NCBI GenBank assembly: GCA_040218735.1
Contig: JAVJQW010000038.1
Coordinates: 128,001-192,000 of the forward strand
Direction of reading: 5' to 3'
DNA length: 64,000 nucleotides
Origin: Deltaproteobacteria bacterium
GTDB lineage: Bacteria > Myxococcota > Kuafuiibacteriia > Kuafuiibacteriales > Kuafuiibacteriaceae
Every line of letters begins with the position of its first letter. The first letter of the stretch is position 1. Shown piece by piece: positions 48,263 to 58,267 of the stretch. A program made the translations under genes and the position numbers. The notes beneath the pieces are model-generated. The model saw only the letters and a list, made by a program, of their open reading frames with translations. It did no database searches and was not told the origin of the DNA.

Positions 48263-48763
48263 TCAGTAGGTGACCTGTACGACCTTCGTCTTCGCGATGC
48301 GGTCGTGGAGGCACTGCTGGGTGTCGCCGAAGATCATCAGCGCGTCGATCAGGCCGACGAACGAGCCGACGAAGGGGAGCATCGAGAGCGCGGTGACGGC
48401 CCAGATGCGGAGGACGACGCCCGTGACGAAGTCGATGTCGCTGCCGTCCTCGCGGACGATGCGGATGTTCATCCACTTCTTCGCGAGCGACTGGCCGGTG
48501 GTCGAGATGAGGTACCACTGGTACCCGGTGATCGCGAGGACGAGCAGCACGCCGAGGCCGATGGCGGCTTCCTCCTGTTCGAGCGTCGCGAGGATGACCG
48601 CGGGGAGCACCGCGGCGGCCACGAGGAGGCCGTCCACGATCGCCGCGACGAAGCGCGTGCCGCGCTGTGCGAGCGGCGCGTCGTCGAAGACCTCCTGCTC
48701 CATGTAGCCGTACGGGTTCGGGTCGGAGCGGGGGGCGTCGAAGGGGTTCGGCGAGCTGGTCAC
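48263..48763 (-). CDS. RDD family membrane protein
   Basis: NPFDAP, RFVAAIVDG, GQSLAKKWMNIRIV and QCLHDRIAKTKVV. Confidence 0.92.
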   Translation of the reverse strand: MTSSPNPFDAPRSDPNPYGYMEQEVFDDAPLAQRGTRFVAAIVDGLLVAAAVLPAVILATLEQEEAAIGLGVLLVLAITGYQWYLISTTGQSLAKKWMNIRIVREDGSDIDFVTGVVLRIWAVTALSMLPFVGSFVGLIDALMIFGDTQQCLHDRIAKTKVVQVTY

Positions 48764-48806
48764 GGTCCGGCCACTGTACCGGGCCGCCGCTCGGATGCCC
48801 ACCGCC

Positions 48807-50921
48807 TCAGCGGCGGCGTCGCAGGACGAACGCGAAGAGCACGAGCGCCGTGATCCCCAGGCCGCCGCGTGGCGTGCCGGTGTGGGCACATTCACAGCCG
48901 TCGTCGTCGAAGACGAACGGGCGCCCGCCGTCCGCGGCGCCGCCGTCAGTGCCTACGCCGGGCACGAACCCAGCGTCGACGCCGCCGTCTCGCGGATCAC
49001 CGCCGTCTCGCGTGCCCGCGTCGACGCCGGCTTCGGAGTCGTCGTCGCCGCCGTCGCGCGTGCCCGCGTCGCGCGGCGCGGGGCCTGCGTCGCGTCCGCC
49101 GTCCGAGCCGCCGTCGGGCATCGGGCCCACGCCGCCGTCCCGGCCGCCGTCCGGATCGTCCGGTCCGCCGTCGGGGCCGCCGTCCGGATCGTTCGGTCCG
49201 CCGTCGGGTCCGCCGTCCGGACCGCCGCACGTATCGACGTTTTGGCACACGGTGCCGACGCAGCTGTCGACGGTGCACGCGTCGCCGTCGTCGCAGTCGC
49301 TGTCGAGCACGCAGCAGCCGGCGCCCGCGTACTGGCAGGTGTTCGTGCCGAGATCGCAGGTGTCGGTGGTGCAGGCCATGCCGTCGTTGCAGTCCGCGTC
49401 GGCTTCGCAGCAGTTCGCGACGTTTGCGTACTGGCAGGTGTTCGTGCCGAGATCGCAGGACTCCGTCGTGCACACCGAGCCGTCGTTGCAGTCCGCGTCG
49501 GCGACGCAGCAGGCGCCGATGACGGGGTTCGAGCAGGTGCCGCCGGGGCCGGAGCAGACGTCGGCGGTGCACACGTCACCGTCGGTGCAGTCGCCGTCGG
49601 TGAGGCAGCACCCGGCGACGGCGCTGTTCGAGCACAGGCCGGTCATCGTGTCGCAGCTGTCCGTCGTGCACGCGTTCCCGTCGCTGCAGTCCGCGTCGGC
49701 GACGCAGCAGCCGGGGACCGCGGCGTTCACGCAGGTGTTCGTCGCGAGGTTGCAGCTGTCGGTCGTGCAGATCGAGCCGTCGGTGCAGTCGGCGTCCGCG
49801 GTGCAGCAGCCCGCGATCGGGTTCGACTGGCACATCCCGCCGGGGCCCGGCGTGCAGACGTCGGCGGTGCAGACGTCCGCGTCGTCGCAGTCGGTGTCGA
49901 CGTAGCAGCAGCTCGCGATCGCGGGGTTCGTACAGGTGCCGCCGGGGCCCGAGCACACGTCGGCGGTGCAGGGGTCGCCGTCGCCGCAGTCGGCGTCGAC
50001 GTTGCAGCAACCGGCGATCCGTGCGTTGTCGCAGCCGCCGGGCTCGGCGCAGCTGTCGGCGGTGCAGAGGTTGCCGTCGTCGCAGTCGAGCGGAGCGGGT
50101 GCGGGCGTGCAGCTCGCGGCTTGGCAGGTCTCGGTCCCGTTGCACGCGACGCCGTCGGGGCAGGGGGTGTTGTCGGGGATGGTCGCGTCGACCGGGCAGA
50201 ACGGGTTGGCGCCGGAGCAGACCTCCTGCGGATCGCAGACGTCGGTCGACGCGCGGCACACGGTGCCGCCGGCGACGAAGCCGTCGGCGGGGCAAGCTAC
50301 GTTGACACCGTTGCAGAGCTCGTCGACGTCACACACGTCGACGGCCGGGCGGCAGTTGGTGCCGGCCGGGGAGATCGTGTTCGCGGGGCACGCGACGCTG
50401 ACACCGTCGCAGGTCTCGGCCGGGTCGCAGCCGCCCGCGGAGCCGCGGCACGGACGGCCGACGGGGTAGAGTTGGTCGGCGGGGCAAGCGGCGCCGAGGC
50501 CGTCGCAGATCTCTTGCGGGTCACACGTCCCCGCGGACGGTCGGCAGAGCGCGCCGTTCGGGAGGAAGCTGTCGGCGGGGCACAGCCCGTCCTGGCCGGT
50601 GCACACCTCCGGCTCGTCGCACAGCCCGCCCACGGCGCGGCACACGAAGCCGGCCGCCTCGAACTGATCGGCGGGGCACTGGCCGACGGCGCCGTCGCAC
50701 ACTTCGGCGATGTCGCAGGTGTCGACCGCGGCGCGGCAGACGGTGCCGACCGGCTCGATGGTGCAGGTGGGGGAGCAGCAGTCGCCGGCCGCGAGGTTGC
50801 CGTCATCACAGGCCTCGGGCGGCTCGAGCACCGCGTTCCCGCAGACCTGCGCCCACGCCCCGGCGGGGGCGACAAAACTCGCGACGAAGGCGGCCGACGC
50901 CAAGCGAACGAACGGAGACAT
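48807..50921 (-). CDS. Cys-rich surface protein (disintegrin-like and CDDG..CT.D.C repeats) with MYXO-CTERM
   Basis: [16 protein letters not shown]; CR....CD..E.C.G....CP.D repeats; CC..DADC.DG..CT.D.C repeats; DGG linker; C-terminal GCECA...[12 protein letters not shown]. Confidence 0.9.
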   Translation of the reverse strand: MSPFVRLASAAFVASFVAPAGAWAQVCGNAVLEPPEACDDGNLAAGDCCSPTCTIEPVGTVCRAAVDTCDIAEVCDGAVGQCPADQFEAAGFVCRAVGGLCDEPEVCTGQDGLCPADSFLPNGALCRPSAGTCDPQEICDGLGAACPADQLYPVGRPCRGSAGGCDPAETCDGVSVACPANTISPAGTNCRPAVDVCDVDELCNGVNVACPADGFVAGGTVCRASTDVCDPQEVCSGANPFCPVDATIPDNTPCPDGVACNGTETCQAASCTPAPAPLDCDDGNLCTADSCAEPGGCDNARIAGCCNVDADCGDGDPCTADVCSGPGGTCTNPAIASCCYVDTDCDDADVCTADVCTPGPGGMCQSNPIAGCCTADADCTDGSICTTDSCNLATNTCVNAAVPGCCVADADCSDGNACTTDSCDTMTGLCSNSAVAGCCLTDGDCTDGDVCTADVCSGPGGTCSNPVIGACCVADADCNDGSVCTTESCDLGTNTCQYANVANCCEADADCNDGMACTTDTCDLGTNTCQYAGAGCCVLDSDCDDGDACTVDSCVGTVCQNVDTCGGPDGGPDGGPNDPDGGPDGGPDDPDGGRDGGVGPMPDGGSDGGRDAGPAPRDAGTRDGGDDDSEAGVDAGTRDGGDPRDGGVDAGFVPGVGTDGGAADGGRPFVFDDDGCECAHTGTPRGGLGITALVLFAFVLRRRR

Positions 50922-50997
50922 CCACCGGCTAGAGTCGGCCGCCCCGACGGCGACTGGCGTGGTGTGTTTCGAACTGAGCCACTGCTAACGTGGCGAC

Positions 50998-51396
50998 ATG
51001 GGGACGAAGACGGCGGCCTGCGCCTGCGGACAGCTCACGGTGACCGTGGAAGGGGACCCGGTGCGGCTCTCGATGTGCCACTGCTTCGAGTGCCAGCGAA
51101 GGACGGGCAGCGTCTTCGGCGTGCAGGCGCGCTACCCCGTCGAGCGTGTGAAGTCGTCCGGGGAGGCGTCGGTCTACGAGCGCCGCGGCGACGAAGGGAA
51201 CCTCATCCGCTTCTCCTTCTGCCCGACCTGCGCGACGACGCTGCACTGGGTGATCGACGCCCAGCCCGAGCTCGTCGCGGTGGCGGTGGGCGCGTTCGCG
51301 GATCCGAGCTTCGGTGCGCCGACCGTGTCGGTGTACGAGGACCGCCGGCACGGCTGGGTGAACCTGTCCGCGATGGCGATCGAGCACTGGGACTGA
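50998..51396 (+). CDS. GFA (CENP-V) family protein
   Basis: CACG, CHCFECQRRTG and FCPTCAT. Confidence 0.95.
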   Translation: MGTKTAACACGQLTVTVEGDPVRLSMCHCFECQRRTGSVFGVQARYPVERVKSSGEASVYERRGDEGNLIRFSFCPTCATTLHWVIDAQPELVAVAVGAFADPSFGAPTVSVYEDRRHGWVNLSAMAIEHWD

Positions 51397-51397
51397 C

Positions 51398-52357
51398 ATG
51401 GAAGCCTCGGACATGGAGTCGGTGCGGCTCGACATTCACGGTGCGAGGCTGACGATCACCGGGCCCACCAGGGTGCGCTCCACGGTCGAGACGCTGTACG
51501 CCCCCTTTATCTCCGAGACCGGGGACGCGGTTGGCGTGCGCCTCGACGTCGTCACCGATGAGGCAGCGCGTCCTCGGCTCGACGACGTCGATACGGGTGG
51601 CCGACGTATCGACGGGCCGATGGGGCCCTGCCTCCTGCACCTCCACCCCCCGGACCGCTCGGTGAGCTTCGCGGGTCGAGGTGTACTGACCGTCGTCGAG
51701 GCGGGGCCATCGACGCTGTGGCTTCTGGATCCCGAGGACCCGGTGGTGGAGTTCATGTTGTCGTTCTCGATCTCGGAGCTGATCAAGTCGCAGGGGGTCT
51801 ATGCGATGCATGCGGGCGCCGTCGCGTGGGCAGGGGCGGGGGTGCTGATTCCCGGCGGGAGCGGGTTCGGCAAGAGTACGACGACGGCTGCGCTCGTCCA
51901 GGGCGGCTTCGAGCTGCTGTCGGACGATCAGCCGTTCGTTCGGTGGCAGGCGGGTGCGCCCGAGTTGTTGGCGTTCCCCGCGCCGCTCAAGCTGGGGCCC
52001 GAGAGCGTCGAGCGGCTGGCGGGGCGCGTGCCGACCGCCGACGGTTCGTCGGCGTCGAAGCGCCCGGTCGACGTGGGCCCGGACCTCGGTGGCCGCCAGG
52101 CGCACCGAGCGCGACCCCGTGTTCTGCTCATCCTCACGCTTACGCATGGCCTGCAGAGCTCCCTCGAGCCGGCGCAGAAGACGGCTGCGTTCGAGGCCTT
52201 GCTCGCGCACTCGCTCTTTGCCTTCGATCCGCGGCTCACCCGAAGGCAGTTCGAGCTGCTGGGGTCCGTGGTTCGCGCCGCCGACGCGTACCACCTGAGG
52301 GTCGGCCGGGATCCTCGCGACGTCGCCGCGCTGCTCAAGGCGGCGATCGCCCCTTGA
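51398..52357 (+). CDS. HPr-kinase-like P-loop kinase (RiPP/lasso kinase type)
   Basis: MHAGAV...GVLIPGGSGFGKSTTTAALVQGGFELLSDD...AFP. Confidence 0.85.
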   Translation: MEASDMESVRLDIHGARLTITGPTRVRSTVETLYAPFISETGDAVGVRLDVVTDEAARPRLDDVDTGGRRIDGPMGPCLLHLHPPDRSVSFAGRGVLTVVEAGPSTLWLLDPEDPVVEFMLSFSISELIKSQGVYAMHAGAVAWAGAGVLIPGGSGFGKSTTTAALVQGGFELLSDDQPFVRWQAGAPELLAFPAPLKLGPESVERLAGRVPTADGSSASKRPVDVGPDLGGRQAHRARPRVLLILTLTHGLQSSLEPAQKTAAFEALLAHSLFAFDPRLTRRQFELLGSVVRAADAYHLRVGRDPRDVAALLKAAIAP

Positions 52358-52372
52358 TGTGGGTGACCAAGC

Positions 52373-52666
52373 TCAGGGCTCTGCGCGGATGAGGCCGGAT
52401 CGCTCGAGTGTATCGAGGAGCCGAGTGACATCGTCCTTCAGACGAGCGCGCGGGACGTCGAAGACGGCGTCGAGCGCATCCACGATCTGTTCGAGGGTCG
52501 CTGGCGCGGCCTCCAGTCGTTGCCAGACGACGCCGCCGACCACGTTCAGCGTGAAGTGTCGCCCGGTGCGCAGGTCGAGGACCACGCTCCCGTCGGCGAG
52601 GTGCTCGGCGGCGACCTCGGTCGCGACGCGGAGCTCACGGTTCTGATTCTTCTCGGAGGCAGTCAT
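52373..52666 (-). CDS. PqqD family RiPP recognition element (RRE) 1
   Basis: VVLDLRTGRHFTLNVVGGVVWQRL...FDVPRARLKDDVTRLLDTLERSGLI. Confidence 0.92.
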   Translation of the reverse strand: MTASEKNQNRELRVATEVAAEHLADGSVVLDLRTGRHFTLNVVGGVVWQRLEAAPATLEQIVDALDAVFDVPRARLKDDVTRLLDTLERSGLIRAEP

Positions 52667-53828
52667 AGGTGAGCCATCGGTGCCAGTCGAACGCCGTCAC
52701 GGGGCCCAACATCAGGGCGCCGGCGGAGAGCGCGGCGTCCGCGATGACGCGAGCGCGGGTCGTTCCGTCTTCGAGCTGAAGATCGAAGCGTGTATCGGGG
52801 TGGGTGTCCATCATTCGGGCGAGGCGACGAAGACCGTCACGTTTGCGGTCGTAGCTGAGCGGGAGCAGCGCGACACTCGTGCCACGACGTACGCAGCGGA
52901 GACCGCCGATCGTCTCGTAGCTCGAGAGGAGCCGGGCGATTTTGCGCGCGCGGAAACCGACGCGGTCCTCGAGCTGGTAACGGAGCCGCTCGGCGTCGGG
53001 GGCGAGGACGCGCTCCGCGATCTGGGTCCCGACGTAGACGGCCGTGAGCGCCCGCGCTCGCCCCGCTTCGTCGAGCACGTCGTCGAGGTCCAGGCCGTGG
53101 GCCAGCAGCGCGACGAGGTCGGCGACGCGAAAGAGGTCGAAGCGACCACCGTCACCCAATAGCTGCGTGCAGAGGTGGACGAAGACGTCCTCACATCGAG
53201 CGGCGAGCGCTGGCGTCAGCGGGCCCTCCGTCGCAGTGGCACGAGACAGCACGCGGCGAGCGTCGAGGGTGAAGGCTTGCCCGCGCGGATGGACCAGCGC
53301 CCAGTGCAGGTCGACCGTCATCGCGCCCGAGCGGCAGAGCTCGACCTGATGGGACGTCCTCGGGGCGGGGGGACCGTTCGGCGTGTCGTAGCCGAACGCC
53401 TCGAAGGTCGACACGGCAGCCGAGACGTCGTTCGGGCGGATCAAGAGGTCGACATCGCCGAGACGTCGTTGGCCCGGCGAGTACACACGCCCCAGGAGCG
53501 CGCTCCCCTTGAGTAGGACGGTTTGGATACCGCGGACGTCTAGCTGCTGAAGGATCGGGCGCAGGGTCCGCGTCGTAGCCTCCTCCTGGGCTGCAAGGCG
53601 GAGCAGGCAGGCCGAGGCGAGTCTGCGGATCTCGAGCGGGGCGTCCAACGCGCGTTCGTCGAGGAGGTGGCGCGCGACCGCTCCGTGGACCCCGCTGCGC
53701 TGAGCCAGGTTCAGGGCGTCGTGCCAAGAGAAGTCCGGTGCCTTCGTCAGGCGTACCGCGGCGTCTCGGAGGGCGCGAGGGAGGGCGGGGCGGGCGAGCG
53801 TGACGACGAAGGCGCGTGTCGCACCCAT
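52635..53828 (-). CDS. nucleotidyltransferase (NTP_transf_5 family)
   Basis: VLLKGSAL...RRLGDVDLLIRP...VDLHW. Likely start MGATRAF at 53828; the longer ORF overlaps the B2 gene. Confidence 0.88.
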   Translation of the reverse strand: MGATRAFVVTLARPALPRALRDAAVRLTKAPDFSWHDALNLAQRSGVHGAVARHLLDERALDAPLEIRRLASACLLRLAAQEEATTRTLRPILQQLDVRGIQTVLLKGSALLGRVYSPGQRRLGDVDLLIRPNDVSAAVSTFEAFGYDTPNGPPAPRTSHQVELCRSGAMTVDLHWALVHPRGQAFTLDARRVLSRATATEGPLTPALAARCEDVFVHLCTQLLGDGGRFDLFRVADLVALLAHGLDLDDVLDEAGRARALTAVYVGTQIAERVLAPDAERLRYQLEDRVGFRARKIARLLSSYETIGGLRCVRRGTSVALLPLSYDRKRDGLRRLARMMDTHPDTRFDLQLEDGTTRARVIADAALSAGALMLGPVTAFDWHRWLTYDCLREESEP

Positions 53829-53876
53829 GGCCTCGCTGGCAGCCGCGAAACGCAATGTTAGGCTCCCGCGGACTCG

Positions 53877-54329
53877 ATGAGCGTACGGTCGAACGGTCGG
53901 CGCGCCGCGTTGTTGGTGCGGGTTGCGGCGACCATGAGCGTGGTCTCGGTTGCGCTGCGGTTCGAGACGACCCAGGACGTCCTTCGCCGGATGCTTGGAA
54001 CGTGCGCGTTGCGGCGCCCGGAGCGCGCAACCCTCGACCGTGTACGTCGGTACGTCGACCTGTTGTTGTTTCGGATTCCGTTTCCAGGGGCTGACGGTCG
54101 CTGTGTGCCTCGCTCGATCGTCATCGCGCGGTTTGCGCGCCAGCTCGGGTTCGACGCCCGCGTGCAGTTCGGGATCCGACGGACGTCGGATGGGCTGATG
54201 GGGCACGCGTGGGTCGTCATCGACGGAGCACCGGTCTTCGAGGCGCCCGGGAAGGTCGAGCAGTTCGAAGAGACGTTCCAATTCCCGACGGGTGGCCGGG
54301 TTACGAGCGTCGCCCCCGACATCAGGTGA
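53877..54329 (+). CDS. lasso-peptide B2-type leader peptidase (transglutaminase-like)
   Basis: RCVPRS...VQFGIRR...GHAWVVIDG carries the catalytic Cys and His. Confidence 0.9.
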   Translation: MSVRSNGRRAALLVRVAATMSVVSVALRFETTQDVLRRMLGTCALRRPERATLDRVRRYVDLLLFRIPFPGADGRCVPRSIVIARFARQLGFDARVQFGIRRTSDGLMGHAWVVIDGAPVFEAPGKVEQFEETFQFPTGGRVTSVAPDIR

Positions 54330-55218
54330 GTGCCCGGAATGTTCGCTCGGTTTCGGCGAGCGCCGCGTCGAGGCTCGGCGTTGCGCGGGACTTACGTACG
54401 TACTCGGCGAGGAATGCGGCGCGCAGGTGGGCCTTCGCGACGCCCTTGGTTCCGCGGCGTTCGATGGCGGCGAACTGCGCCTCGAGGTGGTGCGCGAAGC
54501 CGATCCGCGCCTTGTGGGCGTCGCGGGACTGCGAACCCGGAACGACGCGATAACGGTAGAGTGGTGCGTCGACGAAGGCGACTTCGGAGACCTCCTCGAG
54601 TTTGTAGACCAGGTCCCGATCCTCCGCGTACTCGAGCGCCGGATCGAGTCCGGCGGTTTGCGCGTAGGCGCTCACACGAAACGTCTTGAGGTGGCTGACG
54701 TAGCCGTCGGTCAGCGCTGACCGCCCGGGGGGAATCGCGCGGCACGTCCCCGGCTCCTCCGTTCCGTCGTCCGCGAACGTGGTGTAGTTGGTGTAGACGA
54801 GCCCCGCCGACGGGTGGGCGTGATAGGTGGCGAGGACCCGCTCGGTCGCCGTGGGGGCGAGCATGTCGTCCGCGTCGAGGATGCCGACGACATCCGTCGA
54901 AGCCTCCCCGATGAGCCGAATCAGCGTGCGGATGTAGCCGACATTCGAGTCGTTTTGGATGAGTCGGATCCTGGAGCCGACGTGACGTCGGATGCGGTCG
55001 ACGGAGGCGTCCGTGCTGGCGTCGTCGCAGACGATCGCTCGCCAGCGCTCGACGGTCTGACCTACGAGGGAGTCGAGGCAGTCGTCGACGTAGTCGGCGT
55101 TGTCGTAGTTTGCGATCAGATAGGTGATGAGGCGATCGGGCGAATCGATCGGCGGCGACATCGGAGCAAGAGGTGCCAGCGGGCGCGCGCCGGGCCAACC
55201 CGGCGCGCGATGGTTCAT
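54322..55218 (-). CDS. glycosyltransferase family 2
   Basis: IANYDNADYVDDCLDSL, CDDASTD, ILDADD and AEDRDL. Its ATG overlaps the precursor stop (ATGA). Confidence 0.92.
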   Translation of the reverse strand: MNHRAPGWPGARPLAPLAPMSPPIDSPDRLITYLIANYDNADYVDDCLDSLVGQTVERWRAIVCDDASTDASVDRIRRHVGSRIRLIQNDSNVGYIRTLIRLIGEASTDVVGILDADDMLAPTATERVLATYHAHPSAGLVYTNYTTFADDGTEEPGTCRAIPPGRSALTDGYVSHLKTFRVSAYAQTAGLDPALEYAEDRDLVYKLEEVSEVAFVDAPLYRYRVVPGSQSRDAHKARIGFAHHLEAQFAAIERRGTKGVAKAHLRAAFLAEYVRKSRATPSLDAALAETERTFRALT

Positions 55219-55370
55219 TCGGGGAGGGGGGTCGGGGCGGGCGTCGTCGGGCTGCTGCTCGACGACTGCGCCGTCACGTCGAGGAGCAGATCATGCTCGA
55301 CGATCGCCGGAGCCTCGTAGGCCAGCTTGGAGGCGGGCGCGTTGGCGTTTTTGTTCTCGTTGGTGCTCAT
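55215..55370 (-). CDS. RiPP precursor peptide with lasso-type leader (51 aa; not in ORF track)
   Basis: Manual translation: MSTNENKNANAPASKLAYEAPAIVEHDLLLDVTA-QSSSSSPTTPAPTPLPE. It has the YxxPx(L/I) RRE-binding motif and Thr at -2. GGGAG lies upstream and the stop is coupled to the GT2 start. Confidence 0.85.
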   Translation of the reverse strand: MSTNENKNANAPASKLAYEAPAIVEHDLLLDVTAQSSSSSPTTPAPTPLPE

Positions 55371-55493
55371 GATTGGTTCGATGTTCTCCCAGTCTTGGCG
55401 TATGCAGACACGAATGTGTGACTGCGTGAAACGATCCCTGACTTACTGGCCAGGCCGAAAGGAGTCAACCCGTGCCGTATTCCGCGATGGGGC

Positions 55494-57323
55494 TTACCCT
55501 TGGTCGCTCTGCGCGCGCCACATCTGTGCGTAGCGTCCGCCCTGGGCGAGCAGTGCCGCGTGCGTCCCGCGTTCGACGATGCCGTCCTCTCCGAACACGA
55601 GGATTTGGTCGGCGCCTCGGATGGTTCCGAGGCGGTGCGCGATGACGATCGTCGTCCGTCCCTCGCGCACGCGGTCGAGCGCGTCCTGAACCGCTCGTTC
55701 GTTCTCGCTGTCGAGGGCGCTCGTGGCCTCGTCGAGGATCAGGACATCCGAGCTGCGCAGGAGCGCCCGTGCGATCGACACCCGTTGCCGCTGTCCGCCC
55801 GACAGGAGGACGCCCCGATCTCCAAGGTGGGTGTCGAGCCCCGCAGGGAGGGTGTCGAGGAGGGCGTCGAGTTGGACGGTTTCGAGCACTTGGCGCAGGG
55901 CGTCGTCGCCCGGGCGATCGTCGAGCCCGAACACCAGGTTCTCGCGGAGGGTGTCGTGGAAGAGCACGACGTCCTGCGTGACGACTGTGATGCGCTCGCG
56001 CAGTTTGCGGAGGTCGAGCTCGCGGATGTCGACGCCGTCGAGGAAGATCTGATTCGGCGGGCAGTCGTAGAGCCGGAGCAGGAGGGACGCGACCGTCGAC
56101 TTACCGCACCCGGAGGGGCCGACGAGCGCGGTGGTCTCGCCGGCACGAGCGACGAACGAAACGCCATCGAAGACCGAAGTGCCATCGGCGTAGGCGAACT
56201 TCAGCCCTCGAAACTCGATCGCGTCGGTGAGCGGGCCCATCGGCTCACTTCCGGAGGCCACCAGCCCCTTGTCGTCGTCGGTCAGGACGTCGGCGAGTCG
56301 CACCAGCTGGGGGCGGACATCGGCGAGGGCGACGCGGAACTGGCCAAACGCCTCGAACGTCGGCAGCGCGCGCCGCGCGACGAGGAGGAACGCGCAGAAC
56401 CGTGACAGCTCCTGCGTCCCTCCACTGTCGGCTTGCCACACCGCAAACCCGGCGAGGGCGAAGAGCGCCGCGAAGCCGATGGCCTTCTGTAGCGGGGCCA
56501 CGATGTCGGTGGTCTTGACGCGCTTCAAGGACAGCGCTTGGCGCCGGTCGAGGAGGGTGACGTAGTCGTCGACCGCCGAGCGCTCGCGCGAGTAGGCCTT
56601 CACGAGCGGGATCGACGTCAACGCGTTGAAGACCTTTCGATTGGTCTCCATCTCGTTGACCTTGATCGCGTCGGCGACCTGATTCACGCGTCGTACGAGC
56701 CGGTTGAGCGCGATGTAGAGGACAGGGCCGACGGCCAGGAGGACGAGCGTCATGGAAGTCGAGATCGCCAACAGCACGGCGAATAGGGCCGCACCGCGGA
56801 CGACGTTCGACACCAGCGTCTCGGACAGCCCCATGACCCGGAGGATCGCGCTGCTGTAACCTAGCGTGGTCTGCACGTCCGCGGACGAACGTGCGTCGAA
56901 GTAGGCCTTTCCGAACCCCAGGTACCTCTCGAGCAGCGCGCCCTGCGTGCGCAGGAAGTACCTCGCGTCTCGCGCGTAGGCGGCGATCGCCGCCGCGTAG
57001 GTCGTGAGCGCCTGAAGCGTGAGCAACACGAAGATGAGCAGCAGCAACGTGAGGAAGCTCCGCGCCGTGCTCCAGGACTCGAGCGCGAGCTCGAAAGGCA
57101 ACACGGATCGGACCGCGGCGATCGCGGGCCGGGACCAGACCTCGTCGAAGGTGCCACGTGCGATGCCGTCGCCGAGCGGGACGAGGAGCGCCATCGCCGC
57201 GCCGTCGAGCGCCGCCGCGACGAAGTTCGCGCCGAGCGTCGGGACGTAGTGGAGCGGGCGTGCACCGGTGACTTCGACGCCCCAGCGCAGTAGGGCGCGA
57301 AGTGAGGGAGCCGGTGCCGTCAC
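55494..57323 (-). CDS. ABC exporter (fused TMD and NBD; MsbA/HepA-like; no C39 peptidase domain)
   Basis: TM domain; GPSGCGKST, LSGGQRQRVSIARAL, ILDEATSALD and IAHRL. Confidence 0.95.
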   Translation of the reverse strand: MTAPAPSLRALLRWGVEVTGARPLHYVPTLGANFVAAALDGAAMALLVPLGDGIARGTFDEVWSRPAIAAVRSVLPFELALESWSTARSFLTLLLLIFVLLTLQALTTYAAAIAAYARDARYFLRTQGALLERYLGFGKAYFDARSSADVQTTLGYSSAILRVMGLSETLVSNVVRGAALFAVLLAISTSMTLVLLAVGPVLYIALNRLVRRVNQVADAIKVNEMETNRKVFNALTSIPLVKAYSRERSAVDDYVTLLDRRQALSLKRVKTTDIVAPLQKAIGFAALFALAGFAVWQADSGGTQELSRFCAFLLVARRALPTFEAFGQFRVALADVRPQLVRLADVLTDDDKGLVASGSEPMGPLTDAIEFRGLKFAYADGTSVFDGVSFVARAGETTALVGPSGCGKSTVASLLLRLYDCPPNQIFLDGVDIRELDLRKLRERITVVTQDVVLFHDTLRENLVFGLDDRPGDDALRQVLETVQLDALLDTLPAGLDTHLGDRGVLLSGGQRQRVSIARALLRSSDVLILDEATSALDSENERAVQDALDRVREGRTTIVIAHRLGTIRGADQILVFGEDGIVERGTHAALLAQGGRYAQMWRAQSDQG

Positions 57324-58267
57324 GGCGCGTCCTCGGGGTGTCGCTCGGACGACAGACGGAGGAGGTCGAACCTCGCGAGGGAAGGGTCGAGCGGGCGGAG
57401 CAACTTCGCGAGCTTCAGGCCGGCGACGACCGGGCCGTGGTGCGTCATGAAGTGGGCCCGAGGCCCGCGCTCGATCGCGAGACAGCGCTGCGCGGCTTCG
57501 ACGACGTCATCGGCATCGTCGAAGAATGCGCCCGTGTCTTCGTTGACGTAGTGCCACCCACCGAGGATGCCGCGATGAACCAGCACGGGACGGTCGAGGC
57601 ACAACGCTTCGGCGATCACGCGCGGGGAGGCGTCCGTCGCGGATGCGACGAGGAGTAAGCGCGCGCGCCGCATGTGCGCGAGCAGCGGAAGCCACTCCAT
57701 CTGAGGGACGACGGTGGCACCGGCCGGAGGCGAGCAAACATCGGGATCGGGCCCCACGATCAACGTCGTGAGTCCGAGCGTCTCGTGCAGTCGGTCGATC
57801 GCAGCGACGGCTCGGTTCCAGCCCTTCACGTCACGGTGCACCTCATAGGTCCGCCACTGCTCGAGGCAGACATAGACCAGGTCGTGCGTCGGCCCCTCCA
57901 GCTCGATGGTCTCCATGCGGCGCGGGGACACGTCGGTCGGGCTGGTGAAGTCCGACTGTGGGAGGAACGCAACCGGGGTGTCCGGCGGAAAGTACGACTG
58001 GGGATCGCGGAAGCAGTACGCCCAAGCATCCGCGACCGACCGTTGGGCGGCGCTGTTGGGATCGTCGAGCGTCCCTGGGAAGTCGAGGAAGCTCGTGAAG
58101 CCGACGATCCGAAACCGCTCGCGGTACTTGGCGTGCTCGTTTCGCCAGGTGTCCCGCATGAGCGGGCACCACAGCGCCATCCAGTCGGTGGGTTCGCCGT
58201 GTCGGCCCGTCACCCTGAGGAAGGGGTGGCTCAGCTTGTGCGAGGCCTCGCTCCCCTGGGACGTCAC
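57320..58267 (-). CDS. glycosyltransferase (GT-B, GT4-like C-terminal motif)
   Basis: SATDASPRVIAEALCLDRPVLV...GGWHYVNEDTGAFF. The GTG start overlaps the RRE2 stop and the stop overlaps the ABC start. Confidence 0.75.
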   Translation of the reverse strand: MTSQGSEASHKLSHPFLRVTGRHGEPTDWMALWCPLMRDTWRNEHAKYRERFRIVGFTSFLDFPGTLDDPNSAAQRSVADAWAYCFRDPQSYFPPDTPVAFLPQSDFTSPTDVSPRRMETIELEGPTHDLVYVCLEQWRTYEVHRDVKGWNRAVAAIDRLHETLGLTTLIVGPDPDVCSPPAGATVVPQMEWLPLLAHMRRARLLLVASATDASPRVIAEALCLDRPVLVHRGILGGWHYVNEDTGAFFDDADDVVEAAQRCLAIERGPRAHFMTHHGPVVAGLKLAKLLRPLDPSLARFDLLRLSSERHPEDAP

